Assembly: GCF_000018785.1 (NCBI RefSeq)
Contig: NC_010163.1
Location: 360,001-392,000 of the forward strand
Direction: 5' to 3'
Source of the DNA: Acholeplasma laidlawii PG-8A
GTDB lineage: Bacteria; Bacillota_I; Bacilli_A; Acholeplasmatales; Acholeplasmataceae
DNA: 32,000 nt
The notes below the pieces were generated by a model. It saw only the letters and a program-made list of their open reading frames with translations, was not told where the DNA came from and did not search any database. The position numbers and the translations under genes are program-made. This document shows positions 8,412 to 17,385 of this stretch, one piece after another; positions within the stretch are counted from its first letter, which is position 1; every line of letters begins with the position of its first letter.

Positions 8412-9770
8412 ATGCCTGAACTACCTGAGGTAGAAACCATTCGTAGAAATTTAAATACAGTATTAGAAGGTGAAATCATACGTGAGGTTTTAGTATACTA
8501 TCGACCTATTGTTTCAAATGATGCGTCATTTGAAACCAAATTAAAAGGTCAACGTATACATAAAGTAGAACGTGAAGCAAAGTATTTAAAGTTTATTTTA
8601 GATGACTATCTTTTAGTATCTCATTTACGTATGGAAGGCAAATACTTTATGGACGCGCCTTTAAATAAACATATACATGTAGTGTTTAATCTATCAAGCG
8701 GTCACACGTTAAGTTATGAAGATACACGTAAATTTGGCCGTTTTGAACTGGTAGATATTAAATATAAAGACACTTATTTAAAAGATATTAAAGGGCTTGC
8801 TAAAGACCCTGATACCCTAGATTTAAACACCTTTTATAGTAGTTTTAATCAAAGAAGTAAAACGATTAAAGAAATATTACTGGATCAATCCATTATTGGT
8901 GGTATTGGTAATATTTATGCAAATGAAATACTTTACTTATCTAAAATACATCCAGCCAAAAAAGGTTTTTTAATCAGTAAAGATGAAGCAAAAACCTTAC
9001 TAAATAACTCTAATCTTGTTTTAAACAAGGCCATCGAAATGGGTGGAACGACAATTGACACCTTTGAATCATTAGGGCATAAGGGTGAGTTTCAACAGGA
9101 GTTAAATGTTCATGGCAAAACTGGAGAGATTTGTAAGGTATGTGGCACTAAAATAATTAAATTTCAGTTAAAAGGACGAGGTACTTATATTTGTCCTAAA
9201 TGCCAACCATCTTATGTAGTCGCAATCACAGGTGGTATTGCAACCGGTAAATCTACTGCAACAAACTATTTAAGAAAAAAAGGATTTGTAGTTGTAGATT
9301 CTGATGAAATTGTAGGAAGTCTTTATCAAGATAGTGATGTACTAAATTTAATTGCAAAAACCTTTAAAATGGAAACACCAATTGATAAAGCAAAACTTGC
9401 AAACATCGTTTTCCATGATGAAAAACAAAGAAAAAAATTAGAACACATCTTACATCCACTCGTTTTTGATGAAATTAGCAAACAAAAACAATTAAATAAT
9501 GAACATATCTTATTTTTAGATATTCCTTTATTATTTGAATCGAATTACAAAGAGTTTGATGAATCCATCTTAATAGATACAACTGAAGCACTTCAACTGG
9601 ATAGATTAATGAAGCGCAACAAATATACTCAAGAAGAAGCACTTGTTCGTATAAAAGCGCAGATACCTTTAAGTAAAAAGCGCAAACTAGCTACACACAT
9701 TATAAAAAATAATGGATCTATAGATGCGTTATATGAAAAAATAGATAAATTATTAGAAAGGTATGTATAA
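8412..9770 (+). CDS. mutM/coaE: Fusion protein: formamidopyrimidine-DNA glycosylase (Fpg/MutM) plus dephospho-CoA kinase (CoaE)
   Basis: The N-terminus MPELPEVE carries the catalytic Pro2/Glu3. The zinc finger is CKVCG...CPKCQ. The reading frame then continues without a stop into VVAITGGIATGKST, the CoaE P-loop, and a roughly 185-aa kinase domain. RBS is AAGGAG. Confidence 0.85.
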   Translation: MPELPEVETIRRNLNTVLEGEIIREVLVYYRPIVSNDASFETKLKGQRIHKVEREAKYLKFILDDYLLVSHLRMEGKYFMDAPLNKHIHVVFNLSSGHTLSYEDTRKFGRFELVDIKYKDTYLKDIKGLAKDPDTLDLNTFYSSFNQRSKTIKEILLDQSIIGGIGNIYANEILYLSKIHPAKKGFLISKDEAKTLLNNSNLVLNKAIEMGGTTIDTFESLGHKGEFQQELNVHGKTGEICKVCGTKIIKFQLKGRGTYICPKCQPSYVVAITGGIATGKSTATNYLRKKGFVVVDSDEIVGSLYQDSDVLNLIAKTFKMETPIDKAKLANIVFHDEKQRKKLEHILHPLVFDEISKQKQLNNEHILFLDIPLLFESNYKEFDESILIDTTEALQLDRLMKRNKYTQEEALVRIKAQIPLSKKRKLATHIIKNNGSIDALYEKIDKLLERYV

Positions 9771-10974
9771 AGTGAAAGCAAAATCAACATTTAATATTAT
9801 CAGTCAATCAGCACTTTCAAGTGATGAGTGGAAAGTTTTAGGTATTTTATACCAACCAATTATTGGTGTTTTATCGTTTTCTTTATATCATACTTTTTAC
9901 CACTTATTAAACACCAAAAATTATCAATCAGAAACATTTACACATCAATTTCTACTTGATGTGTTAAATGTTAAAATAGATGATTTAAAAGAGGCTAGAG
10001 AAAAATTAGAAGCCATTAACTTACTTAATACCTTTGTTCAAGGTGAACATACAGTCTATCAATTAAAATCACCACTATCCCCAAGAGGATTTATTCAAGA
10101 TACGATTTTAGGACAGTTTCTACTCACTGAAATGGGCAAAAAATTATATGACCAAGTAACAAACCTATTTAAAGTAGAAAAAATAGAATTAACAGGCTAC
10201 ACGGAAGTGACTAAAAACTTTGATGATGTCTTTAACTTTATTGATTCTAACCATTTTTATGATTCTGATGTTTATTTAGGTAAGAAGAGTAACTTAGGTG
10301 CACGTATTAAAGATCAAATTAATTATGAAGCATTTGTTGAAAAATTACCGGACCGAGTTAAAAAACCAATTTTAATGTCTCGTCAAACGGTAGATACCAT
10401 TCAAAAATTAGTGTTTGTCTACCAATTTTCATTAGATGAAATTGCAGATATCTACATTAAAACCGTATCACCAAATGGTGATATTGATTTAGGTAATTTA
10501 AGTTTTAAAGCTCAAACCTATTACCAAGATAAGAAAAAGGTATTACCAGTTGTAAGTGAAACAAAACAATTAAATGGTAAGGAATCTTCAATTAATTACC
10601 TAAAAACTGTTTCCCCTATGCAAATTGTTGAAAAGTATGCAAAAGATGATTATCAATTAATGTATACCGACACAGTGATGTCTTTAATTGAAAGAAATCA
10701 AGTTGAAATCGGTATTATTAATGCATTACTACTTCATATACTAAAATTTAAAGATGGACATTTACCACATATTACATATCTTGAAAAGGTTTTAGAAACG
10801 TGGCTTAAAAAAGGTATACGAACAACAGAAGATGCTTATCATGAAGTTTTAGATAAATCTAGTTATGAAAATAAAACTGTAAGTTATACAGCAAAAACTA
10901 AAACTAAGGCTAAAAATCCTGAATGGGTTGATGCATACTTAGATGAACTTAATGCTGAATTTGAGGACAAATAA
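9763..10974 (+). CDS. dnaB: Replication initiation/membrane attachment protein, B. subtilis DnaB/DnaD family (not the replicative helicase)
   Basis: 403 aa. The C-terminal motif YLEKVLETWLKKGIRT fits the DnaD-like DDBH2 signature YxxxIxxxW. It lies directly upstream of dnaI, as in Bacillus. The start is uncertain: ATG 9763 sits only 1 nt after the GAAAGG SD, whereas in-frame GTG 9772 has better spacing. Confidence 0.75.
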   Translation: MYKVKAKSTFNIISQSALSSDEWKVLGILYQPIIGVLSFSLYHTFYHLLNTKNYQSETFTHQFLLDVLNVKIDDLKEAREKLEAINLLNTFVQGEHTVYQLKSPLSPRGFIQDTILGQFLLTEMGKKLYDQVTNLFKVEKIELTGYTEVTKNFDDVFNFIDSNHFYDSDVYLGKKSNLGARIKDQINYEAFVEKLPDRVKKPILMSRQTVDTIQKLVFVYQFSLDEIADIYIKTVSPNGDIDLGNLSFKAQTYYQDKKKVLPVVSETKQLNGKESSINYLKTVSPMQIVEKYAKDDYQLMYTDTVMSLIERNQVEIGIINALLLHILKFKDGHLPHITYLEKVLETWLKKGIRTTEDAYHEVLDKSSYENKTVSYTAKTKTKAKNPEWVDAYLDELNAEFEDK

Positions 10975-10975
10975 G

Positions 10976-11776
10976 ATGAAACTAGAATTTATGAGAGAAG
11001 CCATCTTGAATGATGATGAGACAAAACATTTAAAATTAAATGACGAAGAAGTCATTATTGTGTACCAATATTTACTTCAACGTGATCAAAACGATTCAAA
11101 AAGCTTTAAACCTAAATTAAAGTTTGAACCCTACGTTCAAATTGTATATGAGCCAACTAAAGAAAAAAGACAACAAGATTTAACACGTATCATTAAAAGA
11201 AACTTAGAAACCTTTGAATCAGATATCTACATAGCAGATGCAACCTTAGATGACTTCATCATTAGTGATGACTTTCAAAAAGAAGCAGTTGACTATGCAA
11301 GACAAACCATCGACCAAAAAGATAAGTTCATGAAAGGACTCTATTTATATGGTCCAAATGGTACTGGTAAAAGCTTTTTATTAAGTGGTTTAGCAAATGA
11401 ACTTACTAAACTTAACATTGATGTTATCTATGCCTTTGTTCCAGACTTAATAAGAACATTAAAAGGTGCAATTTCAACAAATCAACTTGAAAAACGTATC
11501 AACATCTTAAAACGTACAAAGGTACTTATTTTAGATGATTTGGGTGGTGAAAACATGTCTGCATGGTTTAGAGATGAAATATTACTACCTGTCATCCATT
11601 ACCGTTTAAATGCAAATTTAATGGTACACATTTCAAGTAATGTGACCTTCAAGGAACTTGCAGAAGGTATGACTCTAAATAAAGATAATGATAGTATTCG
11701 TGTCATGCGTATTATCAAAAGAATTAGTGATTTGACAAAACCCTTCAAATTGATGAAAAGATTCAAAATAGATTGA
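10976..11776 (+). CDS. dnaI: Primosomal helicase loader DnaI (AAA+), compact and cysteine-free
   Basis: Walker A is LYGPNGTGKSF and Walker B is VLILDDLG. It follows the dnaB-type gene. I chose the start at ATG 10976 (MKLEFMRE...), just after the upstream stop at 10972-10974. The track start at 10943 overlaps the upstream gene. Confidence 0.85.
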   Translation: MKLEFMREAILNDDETKHLKLNDEEVIIVYQYLLQRDQNDSKSFKPKLKFEPYVQIVYEPTKEKRQQDLTRIIKRNLETFESDIYIADATLDDFIISDDFQKEAVDYARQTIDQKDKFMKGLYLYGPNGTGKSFLLSGLANELTKLNIDVIYAFVPDLIRTLKGAISTNQLEKRINILKRTKVLILDDLGGENMSAWFRDEILLPVIHYRLNANLMVHISSNVTFKELAEGMTLNKDNDSIRVMRIIKRISDLTKPFKLMKRFKID

Positions 11777-11800
11777 TTTTTTAACATTTAAGTGTAAAAT
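11773..11800 (+). promoter_or_regulatory. Promoter candidate for the thrS leader
   Basis: TTGATT (11773-11778), 16-nt spacer, TAAAAT (11795-11800). A TG at 11793-11794 gives an extended -10. Confidence 0.5.
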
Positions 11801-11806
11801 ACTAAT

Positions 11807-12046
11807 AAAGCAATGAATTAGGACAAGATTTAAGTCATAAACGAAAAAGCGATGTAAGAATGGTGAGAGCTTACAAACCCACTTAAATTACCACCTAATG
11901 AGCTGGCCTAAACCAATAGGACCCGTCTTTCTAGCGTTAATAGATAACTTATGAAGTTGCATACATTAATTGTATGAATTAAGGTGGTACCGCGGATTTT
12001 TAAATTCGTCCTTACATTGTTTTATTGTAGGGACTTTTATTTTTAT
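11807..12046 (+). promoter_or_regulatory. T-box riboswitch leader controlling thrS (candidate ACC Thr specifier) with intrinsic terminator
   Basis: The conserved T-box sequence AATTAAGGTGGTACCGCGG lies at about 11977-11997. An antiterminator can be drawn from helix TAAGG/CCTTA, the 7-nt bulge TGGTACC and helix GCGGATTT/AAATTCGT. Its 3' strand (12010-12014) is shared with the terminator stem GTCCTTACA (12008-12016)/TGTAGGGAC (12026-12034), which is followed by TTTTATTTTT. Stem I shows the GGTGAGAG motif. ACC followed by A at 11890-11893 is the likely specifier. An F-box-like GCGTTA is also present. Confidence 0.88.
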
Positions 12047-12063
12047 AAGCAAAGGAGAACGAC

Positions 12064-13992
12064 ATGATTAAAGTAACATTTCCTGATGGCAACATCAAAT
12101 CTTACAAAAAAGGTATTACAGTATTAGAGGTTGCAGAAGATATTTCGATATCTTTAGCAAAAAAAATAGTTGCAGCTAAATTTAATGAGGATTTAGTTGA
12201 AATATCACGTAAATTAGAACATGATGGTAAATTACAATTACTTACTCCAAAAGAGGAACTATCATTTCATGTATTAAATCACTCGGCCGCACACTTAATG
12301 GCACAAGCTATTCGTAAACTTTATCCAGATGCATTATTTGGGGTAGGGCCAGCAATTGAAGAAGGCTATTATTATGATGTTGATTTTAAAGACAGTGTCT
12401 TTACAGATGCAGATTTAGAAGAGGTAGAAAAAATGATGAAAAAATTAAGTGAAGAAAATCACTTAATCGAACGTATTGAAGTATCCTATGATGAAGCTAG
12501 AGACATATTTAAAAATGATCCATATAAATTAGAATTAATTGAAGTTTATAAAGATGATCAGTTAAGTGTTTATAGACAAGGGGAATTCATCGATTTATGT
12601 CGTGGTGGTCACGTACCTTCCACAAAATACATCAAACACTTTAAACTCTTAAGTATTGCAGGTGCTTACTGGAGAGGGGATGCTAAAAATAGACAATTAG
12701 TACGTGTGTATGGTATTGCTTATTTTGAAAAAGCAGAACTTGATAAACATTTAGTGATGCTTGAAGAAAGAAAATTAAGAGATCATAGAAAAATCGGTAA
12801 AGATTTAGATATCTTTATGACAAGCCAAGAAGTAGGCTCTGGGTTACCATTTTGGTTACCAAAAGGCGCAACTATTCGCCGCATCATCGAACGTTATATT
12901 ACTGATAAAGAGTTAGAATTAGGCTATTTACACGTGTATACACCAATTATGGCTAACGTAGAGTTTTATAAACAAAGTGGACACTGGGATCACTATCATG
13001 AAAACATGTATCCTCCAATGGATTTAGGTGATGGAGAAATGTTAGTACTACGTCCAATGAACTGTCCTCACCACATGATGATTTATAAAAAAGATATTCA
13101 CTCCTATAGAGAATTGCCAATACGTTTTGCTGAACTAGGTATGATGCACCGTTATGAAAAATCAGGCGCGTTAAGTGGTTTACAACGTGTTAGAGAAATG
13201 ACTTTAAATGATGCACATATCTTTGTAAGACCTGATCAAATTAAAGAAGAATTTATGCGTGTTGTGCATTTAATTATTGAAGTATATAAAGACTTTAAGA
13301 TCACTGATTATAGCTTTAGATTAAGCTATAGAGATCCAGAAAACAAAGAAAAATACTTTGATGATGATCAAATGTGGCAACGTGCGGAATCAGAACTTAA
13401 AAACGTCATGGATGAAATGAAACTTCCATACAAAGAAGCCATCGGTGAAGCAGCATTCTATGGACCAAAATTAGATATCCAAGTACGTACTGCAATGGGT
13501 ATGGAAGAAACTCTATCCACAGTACAACTAGACTTCTTATTACCGGAACGATTTGACCTAACTTATGTTGGTGAAGATGGTAAGAATAACCATCGCCCGG
13601 TAGTTATTCACCGTGGTGTAGTATCTACAATGGAACGTTTTGTAGCATACTTAATTGAAGAATACAAAGGTAGCTTCCCATTATGGTTAGCACCAGTTCA
13701 ATTAAAACTGATTCCTGTAAATTTAGACTTACATAAAGATTATGTCATGAATCTACATGAACAATTAAAAAAATTAGGATTTAGAGTAGAATCTGACTTT
13801 AGAAATGAAAAGTTAGGCTATAAGATCCGTGAAGCTCAAACATTAAAAATACCATATCAATTAGTGGTAGGTGATAATGAGATGAATACACACTCAATTA
13901 CCTATAGACCATATGGAAGTGAAAAGCAAATTAATATCTCAATTGATGGCTTCATTAAATTGTTAAATGAACGCATGATCAATAAAGACTAA
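12064..13992 (+). CDS. thrS: Threonine--tRNA ligase
   Basis: 642 aa with an N-terminal TGS domain, an editing domain ([10 protein letters not shown]) and a class II core ([17 protein letters not shown]). RBS is AAAGGAGAA. It lies downstream of a T-box leader. Confidence 0.95.
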   Translation: MIKVTFPDGNIKSYKKGITVLEVAEDISISLAKKIVAAKFNEDLVEISRKLEHDGKLQLLTPKEELSFHVLNHSAAHLMAQAIRKLYPDALFGVGPAIEEGYYYDVDFKDSVFTDADLEEVEKMMKKLSEENHLIERIEVSYDEARDIFKNDPYKLELIEVYKDDQLSVYRQGEFIDLCRGGHVPSTKYIKHFKLLSIAGAYWRGDAKNRQLVRVYGIAYFEKAELDKHLVMLEERKLRDHRKIGKDLDIFMTSQEVGSGLPFWLPKGATIRRIIERYITDKELELGYLHVYTPIMANVEFYKQSGHWDHYHENMYPPMDLGDGEMLVLRPMNCPHHMMIYKKDIHSYRELPIRFAELGMMHRYEKSGALSGLQRVREMTLNDAHIFVRPDQIKEEFMRVVHLIIEVYKDFKITDYSFRLSYRDPENKEKYFDDDQMWQRAESELKNVMDEMKLPYKEAIGEAAFYGPKLDIQVRTAMGMEETLSTVQLDFLLPERFDLTYVGEDGKNNHRPVVIHRGVVSTMERFVAYLIEEYKGSFPLWLAPVQLKLIPVNLDLHKDYVMNLHEQLKKLGFRVESDFRNEKLGYKIREAQTLKIPYQLVVGDNEMNTHSITYRPYGSEKQINISIDGFIKLLNERMINKD

Positions 13993-14027
13993 GATATATC
14001 AACTAATCCTAGTCAACAATAAATCTG

Positions 14028-14060
14028 CACACACCTGTCATAAATAGGTGTGTGTTTTTA
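14028..14060 (+). terminator. Rho-independent terminator after thrS
   Basis: CACACACCT (14028-14036) pairs with AGGTGTGTG (14046-14054), followed by TTTTT. Confidence 0.8.
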
Positions 14061-14165
14061 TCATAAAGATGGCCTTAAATCGATTAAATAATTATTAAAA
14101 AAACGGTAAACATGTTATGATATTAGTAGTATATTTTCAATTTATAAATGAAAAGGAGTTTATCG

Positions 14166-15071
14166 ATGCTTGAAGTAAAAAATGTCACTTTAAAATACGG
14201 CGATTTTACAGCCGTAGATGACTTATCTTTTGAAGTAGAAAAAGGTGAAATCTTTGGTCTACTCGGCACCAATGGTGCTGGTAAGACTACAACTTTTAGA
14301 ACTATAATGGGTTTACTATACCCATCTAGTGGTTATGTTAGATATGAAGGGGATTTTGTCTCTTATGAAACAGTGGATAAAATAGGTTATATGATTGAGG
14401 AAAGAAGTTTACTAACAAAACTTACTGTAAAAGACTTAATTTTGTATTTTGGTCAACTTAAAAATGTACCTGTTAAAACAATATTAGAACGACTGGATTA
14501 TTGGTTAAAACGTTTTAATATTGTAGATTATAAAATGAAGAAAATTAAAGAATTATCTAAGGGGAATCAACAAAAAATTCAGTTTATTTCAGCACTGATT
14601 AATGAACCATCATTACTAGTACTAGATGAACCTTTTAGTGGTCTAGACGTTATAAATATAGAATTATTTGTTGAAGTTATCAGAGAATACCAACAAAAAG
14701 GTTGTACCATTATCTTTTCATCACACCAAATAGATCATGTAGAAAGTTTTTGTGAGCGCCTAGTTGTCTTAGAAAAAGGTAAATCAGTGATTTCAGGATT
14801 AATTAAAGATGTTAAAAATGACTTTAAAAAGCATAACATTAAAGTCATAGCAGATGGTTTAGATGCTGAAAAAGTACTTGGAATACCTGGTGTTTTTGGA
14901 TGTACAAAAGACTCCAAAGAATGGACCATTAAAATTGAATCAGAAGATGTTGCACCAAGTGTATTTGATTATATTAAGACACTAGAGAATTTAAGAAAAT
15001 ATGATGTTGAGCAAGCAAGTTTATCTGAGATATTTATTGCGAAAGTAGGTAAAAAGTATGAAGAAGCTTAA
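14166..15071 (+). CDS. ABC transporter ATP-binding protein (ABC-2/NatA-like, with a C-terminal extension domain)
   Basis: Walker A GTNGAGKTT, Q-loop, signature LSKGNQQK, Walker B LLVLDEPFSGLD and H-loop SSHQ. I chose the start at ATG 14166 (MLEVKNV...), 8 nt after AAGGAG. The track start at 14148 overlaps that RBS. Confidence 0.9.
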   Translation: MLEVKNVTLKYGDFTAVDDLSFEVEKGEIFGLLGTNGAGKTTTFRTIMGLLYPSSGYVRYEGDFVSYETVDKIGYMIEERSLLTKLTVKDLILYFGQLKNVPVKTILERLDYWLKRFNIVDYKMKKIKELSKGNQQKIQFISALINEPSLLVLDEPFSGLDVINIELFVEVIREYQQKGCTIIFSSHQIDHVESFCERLVVLEKGKSVISGLIKDVKNDFKKHNIKVIADGLDAEKVLGIPGVFGCTKDSKEWTIKIESEDVAPSVFDYIKTLENLRKYDVEQASLSEIFIAKVGKKYEEA

Positions 15072-16371
15072 GTATTTAATTAAATATGGATTAAAGAAAA
15101 GACTTTTTACAAAAGCATTTTATATTTCAACAGCAGTCATTGGTGTTTTAATTGTAGGTATTACATTACTACCTACAATTATTAGTAGTTTTGCTGATGA
15201 ACCGGGTGGAGAGATTATCGATAATAGAATAACTATTGTAGATACAACCGGATATAACTTTGATGATGCACTACAAACAGTCATTAATTTCTCTTTATTC
15301 AATTTATTTGATAACCAAATTGAATATCTTTTATCAAATGATATTCCTGATGCAACATATTATGATGATGCACTACCAAACTCTGGGTTAATTTACATTT
15401 ATTTAGAAGGTGGTTTGGTTCAAGTACAAGTATATAATTCTGGTTTACATGGCTATGTAGCATCTATACTTGAAAGTTTCTTACCAAACTTACAAAGACT
15501 AAAATATGAAATTGATAATCCAGGTTCTACTGGAATGATTAATGATGTTACTGTAGATTTTGTAAAAGATCCAAATGCAGAAGATACAGAACTTCAATCC
15601 ATTATGTCAGCTTTATCTACAGCAGTGATTATCCCAATCTTTATTTTAATTACAATTGCACTCCAGTTCATAGGTACTGAGATTATGGAAGAAAAATCTA
15701 CTAAGGCAATTGAGATTATTATTGCATCTGTACCACCTAGAACACACTTTTTTGCTAAGATATTGTCCATCATGATATTCTTAGTAGTTCAGCTATTAAC
15801 CTATGTTATCTTTGGACTAGTAGGGTTTGGCTTAAACGAACTGATTGCTAGTGGCAGTACCTCAGTTGGCGGTAGTTGGGGTGATATTGTAGGTATTTTA
15901 GGACCAGTTATTTTACCTACATTACTTGTAACTTTAGTATGTGCTGTATTAGGGGCACTTATCTATGCAATCATAGGTGGATTCTTCGCATCATTATCAG
16001 TTAACCAAGAAGATTATCAAGCAATTCAAACACCTGTTATGATGATTTTAATGATTTCATATATGGGTGGGATATTTGCAGGTGCATCCCAACTATCAGG
16101 ATTACTCTTATTCTTTGGATACTTCCCATTTAGTGCACCACTTGTTTTACCGGTTGCATTTGCTGCTGGACAATTAGGTTGGTTAGAAGTAGTTATTAGT
16201 TTTGCTATTATGATAGTAACTGCAGTAGGGTTACTTGCAGTATTTACACCACTTTACCGTGCAAGTATTCTATCTTATGATCAATCCTCATTATTTAAAC
16301 GTATTAAAAACACTTACCGTACATCTAAGGTATTAAAAGACAATCAAAAATTATATGAAGGTAAAAAGTAA
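15058..16371 (+). CDS. ABC-2 family permease (NatB/YhaP-like) with a large extracytoplasmic loop after TM1
   Basis: 437 aa. One N-terminal TM is followed by a polar loop of about 140 aa and then 5-6 hydrophobic helices. It overlaps the ATPase gene by 14 nt. Confidence 0.75.
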   Translation: MKKLKYLIKYGLKKRLFTKAFYISTAVIGVLIVGITLLPTIISSFADEPGGEIIDNRITIVDTTGYNFDDALQTVINFSLFNLFDNQIEYLLSNDIPDATYYDDALPNSGLIYIYLEGGLVQVQVYNSGLHGYVASILESFLPNLQRLKYEIDNPGSTGMINDVTVDFVKDPNAEDTELQSIMSALSTAVIIPIFILITIALQFIGTEIMEEKSTKAIEIIIASVPPRTHFFAKILSIMIFLVVQLLTYVIFGLVGFGLNELIASGSTSVGGSWGDIVGILGPVILPTLLVTLVCAVLGALIYAIIGGFFASLSVNQEDYQAIQTPVMMILMISYMGGIFAGASQLSGLLLFFGYFPFSAPLVLPVAFAAGQLGWLEVVISFAIMIVTAVGLLAVFTPLYRASILSYDQSSLFKRIKNTYRTSKVLKDNQKLYEGKK

Positions 16372-17370
16372 TTGAGCAAATTAGAACAATTAAAAATTGA
16401 ATTAAATAAATTAATAGATCCATCATTGAATAAAACATTTGAAGAAGTAGGCAGTATTTTAAGTATTAAAGTCGATGAAGAAGATGTGATAGATTTAGAA
16501 GTCCAGCTTAAAAATAGACGAAAAGATGAAACCAATATCAAACTTGAAATTGCAAGACTTGCAAAAATCAAGTTTGATTATCCAGGTATCCGCATCATAT
16601 TCACCGATTCTAACTACAAACTAGATGATGAAAAATCTATCACTTACCTTGGTATCATCTCAGGTAAGGGTGGTGTTGGTAAATCTAGTGTTACAGCAAA
16701 CCTTGCTGTCGCACTCAAAAGATTAGGCTATAAAGTAGGTGTGATTGATACAGATGTTTATGGTTCTTCCATACCAAGTATTTTTAATCTACCTATTGAA
16801 CCACTAGATACTTCAGAAGATGATGAACTTATACCTGCAAGAACTCTAGATGACATACAAGTCATTAGCCCTGAATTTTTTATGCCGCTAGACCAACCAC
16901 TTATGTGGCGTGGTCCAATGTTGGGTAAACTTATAACACATTTTTTCAATAATGTATTATGGGATGAAGATACTCAAATCGTTTTAATTGATTTACCACC
17001 TGGTACGGGTGATATACAGCTCGATGTACAAACATTTGTACCAGATGCTAAAATGTTACTTGTTACGACACCGCATCCAAATGCTAGCCATGTAGCCTTA
17101 AAAGCTGGTCTTGGCGCTTATGAAATAGGACACAAAATCATTGGTGTGGTTGAAAACATGAGTTACTATTATAATGAAGCAAATCAAAAAAATGAGTATT
17201 TATTTGGTCAAGGTGGTGGAGAAATCACAGCGTCTAAACTACAAAGTGAACTTTTAATTCAAATACCTATTAATCAACCAGTAGATACATCAAGTTACAT
17301 CTATAGTCTTAACGATATGAATGGTAAGTTGTATTTTGCACTCGCGAAAAAGGTTTTAGAAAAACTATAA
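16372..17370 (+). CDS. Mrp/ApbC/NBP35-family ParA-type P-loop ATPase with an N-terminal DUF59-like domain; contains no cysteine
   Basis: Deviant Walker A is SGKGGVGKSS and Walker B is VLIDLPPGTGD. The VENMSYY... region normally carries CxxC. The TTG start abuts the upstream TAA (TAATTG at 16369-16374). There is no in-frame ATG for about 170 codons. Confidence 0.8.
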   Translation: MSKLEQLKIELNKLIDPSLNKTFEEVGSILSIKVDEEDVIDLEVQLKNRRKDETNIKLEIARLAKIKFDYPGIRIIFTDSNYKLDDEKSITYLGIISGKGGVGKSSVTANLAVALKRLGYKVGVIDTDVYGSSIPSIFNLPIEPLDTSEDDELIPARTLDDIQVISPEFFMPLDQPLMWRGPMLGKLITHFFNNVLWDEDTQIVLIDLPPGTGDIQLDVQTFVPDAKMLLVTTPHPNASHVALKAGLGAYEIGHKIIGVVENMSYYYNEANQKNEYLFGQGGGEITASKLQSELLIQIPINQPVDTSSYIYSLNDMNGKLYFALAKKVLEKL

Positions 17371-17385
17371 GAAAGTTGGGATAAT

